Source: Octopus vulgaris (lineage: Eukaryota). Taken from it: a stretch of DNA of 64,000 bases. The notes beneath the pieces are model-generated. The model did no database searches. It was given only the letters and a program-made list of their open reading frames with translations, and was not told the DNA's origin. The position numbers and the translations under genes were made by a program. The stretch covers positions 24,614,001 to 24,678,000 of the forward strand of contig OX597822.1 in NCBI GenBank assembly GCA_951406725.2, in the 5' to 3' direction. Positions 53,897 to 64,000 of the stretch are shown here, piece after piece; position 1 is the stretch's first letter; each line of letters opens with the position of its first letter.

Positions 53897-54598
53897 TGGC
53901 AGACTGGGTCTAAAAATATTGGTTGCCAGGAAAATGGCAAAGGTGTGTGATTTAAGGGAGATTTGGCTGTTGTTTCTAGCACATTCGACGACCATCCCTC
54001 GTTTCTTAGTCACTGTCACACGTATTGATGTTTTTCAATAACTTTCTTCCCATAAGCACATTTTGTGGGATGATGATGCAGAAGTAATGCACACGTGGTA
54101 CATTGCTGGGATGTAAGCAACAAAAAACAAAAATTTTAATTTAAATTCCAAACACACACCCACTCACCAACCAAGCGAGAGAGAGAGAGGGGGGAGAGAT
54201 AGGTAAATGTATACCCACGCGTTACCACCCTCACATTATAGTTTAATATTGCACCAAGCTGCTTGTATTAATTTTTAGTATATATGTGTGTGTAGGCGCC
54301 TAACCTACAACTCGAGATTGTACTCGAGATCACGGTTTCAGTTCCAGGACCGGGTGGTGCGTTGTGTTCTTGAGCAAGACTCTTCATCTTATGTTACTCT
54401 GGGATCACTTGGACACTTGATGCAGGGTACACTGTGTAACTTGTTCAAGCGACCTCGATATGGTACCACATACGTTTAATCACTATAAGCAAATCATCTG
54501 TGCAAGTTGTCCAGCAAGAAATTGTAGAACCGCCTTTCTCAGACTGCGAGAGACCATTAACACACACACACTTTTTTTCTCTTGTCCTGAGACAGCAT

Positions 54599-54905
54599 TC
54601 ACCCGGGTCGGGTTGAGCTGGCTTTATTCATCCTCAATGCTGCATCTCTCACAAACGCCGACCAGGCCTGGCGATTTGAGGCTAACGACCGCGTGATCTC
54701 CAACCACTCCTTGTTCCAGCGGCGAACGCCGTAGACATGGAGGCCCAGGTTGGGTTCCAGATCGGCCTTGGCTGTCATCAGCCAGGTTTTCGCCAACCCT
54801 GAAGGAGAGCTGGGGCAATTGCTTCGTAGATGAATTCTCCTGGTTGACGACGGAGGGCATGACCCAGCCAACGCAGACGTCTCGTTAGGATGACTTGTCG
54901 CAGGG
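54599..54905 (-). mobile_element. RTE-like LINE 3' fragment
   Basis: KTWLMTAKADL..WLEITRSLASNRQAWSAFV C-terminal signature. Confidence 0.65.
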
Positions 54906-54922
54906 AGGTGATTCTGCACTAT

Positions 54923-55143
54923 TGAGGTAAAAAACATTCTGTGCCATATTAATATGCGTTTAAGAAACAGATTGGGTTTATTTACATTTGTGAAGAGAAA
55001 AAGATACCCTTCCCCCACCCCTAACCCTAACCCTAACCCTAAAACAGATTGAAATGCAATAGATCGATACTAGGGTCATAATTATGGGTGACAATTTCAT
55101 ATGACACCGCTAGAAAAAACTGCCGTTCAAACCGAAAAGATCC
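54923..55143. repeat. Short interspersed element with internal (CCCTAA)4
   Basis: CCCTAA x4 at ~55019-55042. Confidence 0.55.
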
Positions 55144-55230
55144 TATTTAATCTTGATTTTAAAAAAACGACTGATGAATGTTTGCGTGGTTTTCTTGGCT
55201 TTTTTTCTTTCTTATCTTCTACTTTTTCAG

Positions 55231-55418
55231 ATTTATATACTGCATACAACAATAACAACTATGATTACAGTATCCTAATTCTGGCAGTACTGACAACGGC
55301 TTCTGCTCTGCCGATTTTTATTTTCTACATATGTACCTGTCGAAAAACGAAAGCAGTGATACTGGATCATCACCAGCACACTGAAGACGCGTCGACAATT
55401 AAGAAAATTGCTGCTTAA
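55231..55418 (+). CDS. SLC16/MCT-like transporter, terminal coding exon
   Basis: Strong polypyrimidine-CAG acceptor, phase 1 fits exon 3; last TM (SILILAVLTTASALPIFIFYI) and TAA; spliced CDS 1605 nt. Confidence 0.85.
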
Positions 55419-55629
55419 TGTAATTCGATTTCAAAATTTTAGATTTTCCTATTTGAAGACTACCATGTACAAGTGAAATGATTTATAAATCGATCTTATC
55501 GTGTTAATCTTTTCTTTTTTTCTCTTTTACTTGTTTCAGTCATTTGACCGCAGCCATGCTGGGACATCACCATGAAAGGTTTTCGTTAAATATATCAGAA
55601 GCTTATCTTTCTTTTTAGCCTGGTAAAAA

Positions 55630-55943
55630 TGAGATTCGAACTCACGCTGGGAGACCCCAATAGATTAATAGTCCATCGGAAGGCGGCGAGCTGGCAGAAA
55701 CGTTAGCACGCCGGGCGAAATGCGTAGCCGTATTTCGTCTGCCGTTACGTTCTGAGTTCAAATTCCGCCGAGGTCGACTTTGCCTTTCATCCTTTCGGGG
55801 TCGATTAAATAAGTACCAGTTACGCACTAGGTTCGATGTAATCGATTTAATCCGTTTGTCTGTCCTTTCTGTGTTTAGCCCCTTGTGGGTAGTTAAAGAA
55901 ATAGATTAATAGTCCATCGTGCCAACCACAGGGTCACCTCGTC
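55630..55943 (-). pseudogene. tRNA-Ser-derived pseudogene interrupted by SINE B (55679-55899, 20-bp TSD)
   Basis: Reconstituted GACGAGGTGACCCTGTGGTTGGCACGATGGACTATTAATCTATTGGGGTCTCCCAGCGTGAGTTCGAATCTC; TSD AATAGATTAATAGTCCATCG. Confidence 0.7.
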
Positions 55944-56176
55944 TGATGCAAAAATGGTTAATTCCCGTAGGGAATTTTTATCTTTCCCGCTTTTTTTCTT
56001 TCTTTCTTAAAACAGCTATTATCGACAGAAGCAGCTTTTGTACCGGAAATTAATTATCACATCCAACCTATTTTGGGTGTGTTGTTTATAACACCTTAGA
56101 CTGCTGTACGAGTCCCGAAAAGTAATTTCGTGCAGACGACAAATTCTAAAAAGCATCGAAATTCTGCCTGCTTTCC

Positions 56177-56210
<34 letters not shown>

Positions 56211-56229
56211 CTTCTTCCGTTCTGTCAAC

Positions 56230-56900
56230 ATGATCAGCTCGAAGTATCTGATTCAAAATCATTCTTATCTCAATACTAGTGTTTCTTGCCCTCTCAAGTA
56301 TAACAACATGAAGTGTGTAAGAGGACCTCTTGGTTTTCAGGATGTGTCCAATGCAATTTTGATGAAACATTTTCAACTGCTTGATATAATGTCTGTACAT
56401 TGTCCACGTTTTGCACCCATATAGTTAGGCTGTAAGAATATAACACAGAGAACCTTATATTTCTTGTGACGTTCTGATCTGACTAGACTAGCTTCTCGAT
56501 TTCCCCGCGAAGCAACACTAGCTTTCGCAACCGTGTGATAGATTTCGGCATCAATGTTATCGTCTTTACTTAGAGTACTTCCGAGATACACACAACTGTC
56601 CATGACTTCAAGACTTCTGGCTCCCACGACGTTAGATTCCATATATGCTTCTCCAACTGGTGGAGTGTACAGGATCTTTTTTTTCCATGTTAATATTGTA
56701 TCCAAATACGGTGCACATATCGAAGAAAATATGTCGACTATCATTCGTATGTCTTTACTGAGTGAGTCACAAGATCTGCATAAAGGAGTGAGTCACATCA
56801 CCTGCATAAAGGAGCTCTCTGATAAGAGTGCCGAATGTTTTTAACTTAGTGTTGAAACGTCATAGATGGAAAACTGACAAATGTTCTAAACTGCACTTAA
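56230..56900 (-). mobile_element. Old RTE-like RT fragment
   Basis: LEVMDSCVYLGSTLS..DAEIYH..AKAS; IKQLKMFHQNCI. Confidence 0.7.
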
Positions 56901-56999
56901 ACACCAGTCTCACTAGAAAGCATGTATTAGTATCATGGCAAAGTATATATAAAACAGAAGTGGTTCTAGAATTTCGCCCTGTTTCGCATCACTACCCAC

Positions 57000-58010
57000 A
57001 TGTTGAGTGTGAGCTCCATCTTTTGAGTTTATAAATTCAATGCTATGGTTCATAGCTTTATGTTCGAAATCATAGCCATCGATTTCTGGGATATGATTAT
57101 AAAATCGCCACAGGTCACTGAAGATAGTGGTTCCTGTAAGAACTGTGTGCCGTATGCAGTCCTCTAATGCTTTGCGGTTTCGACTTGGTACAGCATAAAG
57201 GAAAACTTCCCTCGTCTCGCACCATGCTCCTCAAACGACCCACTGCTCAGGTAACATCCCCCCCGGTTGTCCCTGCATTTTGGGTACACTGTTTCGTCCA
57301 CCTCAACGATCTTTCCGGGACCTCCTATCTGAACTTGGCTGCGGAGTAGGTCCTCCGCACACAACTCACGAATATAATTGTTGTCATCATCATTGTTCGA
57401 CCGTGGTCGAGAAAATGGAATTTATTATGTTACGCCAGACTTCACGGTCCATCATAGCATTACGGAGGTCCTGTTGCTGGATGCCTGTATCCCTGGAGAT
57501 TACATCAGGGTAGGAGAGTGTGCGCCCTCTGGTATCGCGAGCAGATGGCTTCCAGAGGAGAAGAGTAGAAATTACCTCATTTTCAGCTCTACAACAATGT
57601 CCAGCAAACTGGACTCTTCTACCTTTCACAAGAGATGATACAGGTGGTAGTTTCCCATATATTGTTGTAATGAACTGCTGTGCTCGGATTCATCCGCACT
57701 TCTGTACAAAAACGGATTGAGGTAATTTCTTTGACCCAAGCGTATAAAAAAAGAAATACTTTTCTCAGAGAAAGGGAGCCACCTTCCAACCGTGTATCTT
57801 TTCAGAGAGACACAGACACATTGCAGCTTCTCCGTTGGCAACGCCAGTACAAATTCTCACGAATTGTATTTTTTTCTCATGGGATGTCCTTATAAATCTT
57901 CTTTTCTGGTATTATTCCTTTCTCTTCGAAGAAATACGCAGTGTCTTCTTCCGTTTTTACTTCATCCATTATATAGGAAAGGTTTAAAGTGGCCATCTCG
58001 TCACTGTTTT
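57000..58010 (-). mobile_element. Decayed Merlin (IS1595/ISXO2-like) transposase, interrupted by an RTE fragment
   Basis: QIGGPGKIVEVDET..NRG motif; upstream Cys-rich remnant. Confidence 0.7.
57375..57632 (-). mobile_element. RTE-like LINE 3' end nested in Merlin
   Basis: RRVQFAGHCCR..LLW..GRTLSY..MMDREVWR; (ATG)n tail. Confidence 0.75.
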
Positions 58011-59033
58011 AAAATCTCTATACTGTTCTAAAGTCGAATTCCTACTGTTATGAAAACAAACAGTTATGGTACACGTGGTGGTTACACTCGTTGTGTGCAT
58101 GCGCATCATCTTTGGTTACTATGCAAGCAGAGTTCTTTGCAAACAGTTATGGAGCACATGGTGGTTACACTCCTTGTTACTATGGAAACAGAGTTCTTTC
58201 CTTACTATGCTAACAGAGTTTCGCGGTGATGTGTAAAATATTCGCTTCTGATTGGCTAAAATACCCAAATTTTGCAAACTTTAGAGACTAATAACTTTTA
58301 AATTTATAGGAAAAGTGATATTCATTTTCGTAATTAATATACAAAACTTAATCCATGTTCTGAATTTGAAAAGAATTGGAGCAAAATTGGAGATAGTAAT
58401 TCAAACCACAAAAATGGGGATATGGCTGCTGTTTCTAACAGCCTTAACGCTCGACAAACAACAGCAGTAATTTTATTCAGCTGAATACACGTCATTGATT
58501 GGTTGAAATTACCGAAATACGACAACTTGAACACGAAATAACTTCGTAAACATAAACTTTTCTCAGAAACGCTAAGAGTAAAAGGTGTTTTATGTGACAC
58601 ATTCTACCAGTTTACGAAGTTTGAAAGTGTTTAGTTACAAAAAATTATTTTTTAAATCTGTAGGTCAAAAGGTAAAGATCCCTTTGGTGTAGTGTTACTA
58701 GTGGTGGTGGCCTCTGCGGTGGTTGTAGCGGTGGTCGTGGTAGTGATGGTCGTCTTGTAGTTGAGAGCTCTTCGTTGACGCCCGACACCACTGGGAGGTG
58801 GCCCTCGAAGTCGCTGGAAATGGAGATCTCCAGGTCCAAATTCTTGAACGGCTGCTGTTGTTGATGGTGGTGGTGGCGCGTCGATGATGATGATGATTGT
58901 GGCGATACTGGTGGTGGTGGTGGTGGTTATGGCAGTGGTGGTGACGGTAGCACGCTATTTGGATCTGTATGTGTTTGTGCATAGGTGCGGTAGCCAGTAA
59001 GTGGTTCCATTTCAAATTTGGGTTGGTTCTTGT

Positions 59034-59082
<49 letters not shown>

Positions 59083-59475
59083 AGACAATGAAGGGTTATA
59101 TGCGTGGTTAGTAAACTAAATGAACAAAGTAAAAAAAAAAACGGATACAAAATAGAAACAAAATACAAAATAAATAAACTAAAACACAGAAATATGTTAC
59201 ATATATAATTCAAAATAATCATTTCTGTTATAAGTACAAAGCCTGAATTTTTATCAACTCCAAGAGAATGAAAAGCAAAGTCATCCGCGGCAGACTTCGA
59301 ACAGAGAAGGCAGCATCAGACGAAATACCACCAAGCATTTCGCCCAGCGTGCTAACGATTCTGATAGCTCGTCGCTATAGATATAATATAAAATAATAGA
59401 AAATAAGACCGTAAAAAACATAGCATAACATAAATTTTAATACTTTATGCAGAAGTTATAAACATGGAGTTGAGT

Positions 59476-59520
<45 letters not shown>

Positions 59521-59633
59521 TATTATATTACATATATATATATATATGTTCACCAGAGTAAGCACGTAAATGTGAAACAAGTTGGAAAAATAATACTCGA
59601 ATACCTGAGGTAGACTCCAGCTTTATTAATAAA

Positions 59634-59705
<72 letters not shown>

Positions 59706-59733
59706 TATATATATACTTTGTTTCCGATGGCTG

Positions 59734-59794
59734 GATAACTGAAGAGATGGCGGCATGGATTTCCACCGCGGCATCCGAAACTCCGAGTTTTATC
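59734..59794 (+). ncRNA. Type I hammerhead motif
   Basis: GATAA-CTGAAGA-GATGGCGG..CCGCGGCATCC-GAAA-CTCCGAG-TT-TTATC. Confidence 0.7.
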
Positions 59795-59897
59795 ATGGTT
59801 ACCGAATAATTGTCACATATTATATTTACAGATAAATTCCTCTATTTACATAATATTGAGGTCTCTTTCATTCTTTTTGTTGTCTTACCATTTTTAT

Positions 59898-59955
<58 letters not shown>

Positions 59956-59956
59956 G

Positions 59957-60001
<45 letters not shown>

Positions 60002-60088
60002 ATATATATATGTGTGTGTGTATGTATATATATACATACATATATACATATACACATACATACATACATATACATACATACAAATACA

Positions 60089-60121
<33 letters not shown>

Positions 60122-60397
60122 GTATGTATGTATATGTATATATGGAGGTATATACTATACCATTAACTCTCAGTTACAGGACCAGAGTACTCTGGTATCT
60201 GCTGGATGCTAATCGAAGAGATTATCAAATCGTGTAATGAATTTCTACCTTCAGAAATGCACTCAATATATTTCTCACACAAGTCTTCCATCAGCCGAAT
60301 ATTTTCAGAAAATAGAGTTAAGCTGTTTACTAATTTGTGTGTATATATGTGTGTATGGAGACGGAGAAAGGTGGATTTGTAAATGAAAGTGTATGAC

Positions 60398-62368
60398 TTA
60401 CGAATAACGAAAAGATTCACGAAATGATTTGAAGGATTGTTTGAAACCTCCAATTATAGCTCGTGTGTGAAGGAAGCAAATAGTAACCCACAATCCAAAT
60501 GTAGAGTTGAGAATAATAAATAAAATTCTAAGAACAGAAAGGCCGGTAATGGCGGCTAAGAAGCCAATTACCCAGGTTATTCCCGTCAGAACACAAAGTT
60601 TTACGCTGACAATGAGAGTTTGGATTTGCTTGTGGTCTTCTTTTTGTCGAGTCATTTTGCGAACTTTTTTTATCGTTTTAATAGTGAAATAGTAAGCTGT
60701 CATATTGAGTATGATGATGATAAGTAGCGGCAGAGCAAAAAACAGAAGAATGCTATGTTTCGTGTTCATCCAACAATATATTTTACCATATTGCGGAGCA
60801 AAGTCCGATGTCGGTTGGAGTATATCTATCATTCCAGCTGCTAATATGAACAGTGAAGGCGTTAACCAAGCATATAGAGAGAATATCAGAAAAGACTTTT
60901 TCCTTTCGCGATTCATCATTGTGTAAGCTGTACTTTTACAGACTAATAAGTACCCACAGAAGCTGATAATATTCATCCAGAAGAAAGAAACCAGAAAGAA
61001 ATAATGTATGGTAATGGCCAGAGAACGGCAATAGGAAGAGTCATGTCCAATGAATTCTGCTAAAAGAAACATGATTTGGGCCATAAACAGAGAAAATGCA
61101 TAAGATATGTTTATCCAAGTATACAAGTTCCAAATGGTCTGAAATTTCCAAAATATTAGAAAGAAAATGAAGAGAGCGATCAGGGATATTGAGGTTCCAG
61201 TGATTGTTAACAGAATTTCATATTCCAAATCTTTCGACGAATCCTTCCTGGGTACAGTTACAAGTTGAAACATATGACTGCAGATAAAAGCTTCACTGCT
61301 GTTTAAGGTGTAGAACTCTTCCCCGTGCAATGTTTTTGATTTGTTATGGAATAAGGTATTATTTTCTAAAATTGTAAATTCGAATTGTTTCAGTTTTATC
61401 ATAGAACAATTCAACTGGAGCATTCCGTTTTCTGTTGAATGAATCACTAAAGAACATTTTCCTTCCAAATGATTATACACATAACCATTGTTGCAAGAAG
61501 CGAGATGAACTACACGTCCATTGATACTCATTCGATCTCTGTTGAAATCAAGAAGAATAAAGTAACTTGCACGGGGGAAACCTTTTCCCCCTATAATTCT
61601 AGGAAAATATGTCGGTTTTTTTGATATTGTTTGACAAACGATTTTTTCGTTCTGTGCTCTGCTACAGTTGAAGCAGTGAATATTTTTATATGACTTATGT
61701 AGGTTGCTTCTAATTACACCGTACGGCCCTCTTTCACATTTCGTCAAAGTAGAATTTGCAACAGATTGATTCAGACAACTTGTCACGAGATTTTTTTCAC
61801 AGCGATGTTCTCTATGTTGAGATGGGTTTGATTTTTGTAATTGACAATTCGCTTCTTTAATTTGCTTTTCGGTAATAATAAGGGAATCATTTACATCCAC
61901 GTGACCCTTACATCTGTAACTGATATTCCAGAAAGTATAATTTTTCTCTCCGTTGCATAATGCGCAGAACATATTCTTGTAAACTACTTTGCTATCGTTT
62001 CCATTCACCGGTACAGACCAGATCGGATGCCCAGGATCAATCAGACAGTTCTGTTTAATGTCAGTATTATCAATGAAATCTCTGCTGCATGACGCTACCA
62101 TCATGACGAAATGCTCATCTGTAAGCACACACTCAACTTGTCCATATTTTGCAACATTATCTGGTTTGGTAAAATTATAATTCTGACAACAGTCGCCGTA
62201 TATTTCACAAAGATCATCACAGTAACATCCTTTGGTATGATAAGAGGCCGAAGAAGGAAGTATGTCGTCCTTCGTACACATGGGATCACTGCAAACTGAG
62301 GTAGAATTTATCGTGTAATGACCAGATGCAAAAGTGATGAATGCAATCATAAGTATGAGATTTTTCAT
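60398..62368 (-). CDS. Family-B (Methuselah/adhesion-like) GPCR with somatomedin-B-like Cys-rich ectodomain, single coding exon, 656 aa
   Basis: Signal peptide, CYCDDLCEIYGDCC, repeated YKN.(F/H)C..C modules, 7TM with HYFFLVSFFWM, YAW..P, CW, GITWVIGF. Confidence 0.92.
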   Translation of the reverse strand: MKNLILMIAFITFASGHYTINSTSVCSDPMCTKDDILPSSASYHTKGCYCDDLCEIYGDCCQNYNFTKPDNVAKYGQVECVLTDEHFVMMVASCSRDFIDNTDIKQNCLIDPGHPIWSVPVNGNDSKVVYKNMFCALCNGEKNYTFWNISYRCKGHVDVNDSLIITEKQIKEANCQLQKSNPSQHREHRCEKNLVTSCLNQSVANSTLTKCERGPYGVIRSNLHKSYKNIHCFNCSRAQNEKIVCQTISKKPTYFPRIIGGKGFPRASYFILLDFNRDRMSINGRVVHLASCNNGYVYNHLEGKCSLVIHSTENGMLQLNCSMIKLKQFEFTILENNTLFHNKSKTLHGEEFYTLNSSEAFICSHMFQLVTVPRKDSSKDLEYEILLTITGTSISLIALFIFFLIFWKFQTIWNLYTWINISYAFSLFMAQIMFLLAEFIGHDSSYCRSLAITIHYFFLVSFFWMNIISFCGYLLVCKSTAYTMMNRERKKSFLIFSLYAWLTPSLFILAAGMIDILQPTSDFAPQYGKIYCWMNTKHSILLFFALPLLIIIILNMTAYYFTIKTIKKVRKMTRQKEDHKQIQTLIVSVKLCVLTGITWVIGFLAAITGLSVLRILFIILNSTFGLWVTICFLHTRAIIGGFKQSFKSFRESFRYS

Positions 62369-62683
62369 TTTCAGTGAGAAAGAAATTTTTCACAAGCAGA
62401 AAAAAATTCTAAAACAAACTCAATTCCAAGCGACAACGATGCTTGAAGCTCTTATTTTGTATCTGTCAAATGGTTGGCTCGAAGATTTCAGCAAAATGAC
62501 AGTCCTAATTATAATGTTGCTGAATTTATAAAGCGAATAGGAACAATGGACAAAAGGAGAAGTCGGTCGTGTGTGTGCTAGAGTGTAAGTTTGTGAGTAT
62601 AAGAGTTTGTATACTTATATGCCTGTGTATGTTAGTTGAGTGTATGGCTATGAACGTGTGCATGTGTTTGTATATGTGTGCGT

Positions 62684-62715
<32 letters not shown>

Positions 62716-63040
62716 AATGCGCGCGCGCGCTTGAAGCTGTGTTTGAAGCCGTTTCCTAAATATTGGATGATTACTTGAATAATACAAATCCTCAAGATCT
62801 TCGATAGAGATATTAGCCATATCATAATAGGTCAACATTTAACACTCCTGTATTACGCCGCACGCACACACACACACACACACAAACACACATACAAACA
62901 CACACAAACACACACATACAAAAACACACACACACACAAGTGTTTCCACTTCACTGTATTATCCTTTTCTCCTTAGTTTTCTTACTTCACAGTTAACATG
63001 AAATTAATAGATTTGTTTTCAAAGTAACATCATAAATACA

Positions 63041-63074
<34 letters not shown>

Positions 63075-63514
63075 CATACATACATACACACATACATACA
63101 TACATACATACATACATACATACATACATGTGTCTACATGTGCGTGCGTGAGTGTGTTTGTATTAATGTTTTTTTCTTCATGTGAAGTTATATATATATA
63201 TATATATATATCAGTCGCCATGATAGATCGGTAGCCACTACACACATTTTTTTTCTCTCCTTGTTTCTTTCTGTGTTCCTTCTGTGGAAGAGCGTAGGCT
63301 CGAAACGTAAAAGACTTTTTCAATTCCCGAGCGTTATACTAATACATCTGTTTGTTTTCTACACCACCTGTGTTCGTCTTTTGTTTTATTCGTGAATTCT
63401 CCCTATATATATATGTAATAAAATACAAAATGGGACAAGAACGCAAAACATCCGGACAACTAGGTGATACAAAAGGGGACAACAAAACATCCAGATAGAC
63501 GATACAAAAAACAC

Positions 63515-63586
63515 AAGCCTTCAGTCAAGAACCGGATCATCCTCGCAATTTCGGCTTATTAATCTTGAGATTGCTCCAATCTGGCC
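63515..63586 (-). ncRNA. Family H2 permuted hammerhead-like motif with core deletion (repeat ~63415-63680)
   Basis: Minus strand CCAGATTG-GA-GCAA-TC-TCAAGA..AGCC-GAAA-TTGC-GAG-GA-TGATCCGG-t-TCTTGA-CTGAA-GGCT. Confidence 0.5.
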
Positions 63587-64000
63587 GGCCCCAGGGAAAA
63601 AAAATAAGCTAAGAGCATTAGATTCCTTGGAAAAAAGCAACAAATGTATGCGAAACAAGGACGGAAAAACAGACGATGTTACATGAATATAAATACCGCT
63701 AAGTATTTCGCCCGATACCACTAAAGATTTTGTCCGACGTGCTAACGATTCGCAAGTTCGCTGCTTTAGTTTCGAATATAATAATTCTTTCTACTATTGG
63801 CACAGGGCCTGGAATTTTGGACGGAGAGGGCTAATCAATTACATCGACTCCAGTGGTCACCTAGTACTTATTTAATGGATGCCGAATGGATGAAAGGTAA
63901 AGTTGATTGCAGCGGTATTTAAAATCAGAACGTAAGAAGCCGAAAGAAATGCTTTTAAGCATTTTGTCCAACGTGCACGCGATTCCACCAGCTAGTCGCC

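Overview
AT-rich, microsatellite-laden animal genomic DNA. The SINE families and (TA)n/(CA)n load suggest an octopus/cephalopod genome (inference). Two protein-coding genes are supported: a 4-exon SLC16/MCT-like MFS transporter (+, 32242-55418, ~534 aa) and an intronless family-B GPCR with a somatomedin-B-like ectodomain (-, 60398-62368). The rest is mostly mobile DNA: a near full-length CR1-group LINE ORF2, Tx1/L1 and RTE fragments, pogo, mariner, Chapaev3-like, Merlin and Helitron-type elements, many tRNA-derived SINEs, and a SINE-interrupted tRNA-Ser pseudogene. The notable signal is a high density of hammerhead-ribozyme motifs. About 15 are type I motifs (intact to degenerate) in palindromic or tandem Penelope-pLTR-like repeats. 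Six more copies, in two separate repeat families, carry all hammerhead parts in a strand order that is not type I, II or III, implying a pseudoknotted or dimeric fold, with compensatory base changes and an added K-turn or loop-E helix. All RNA structures were folded by eye and are untested.
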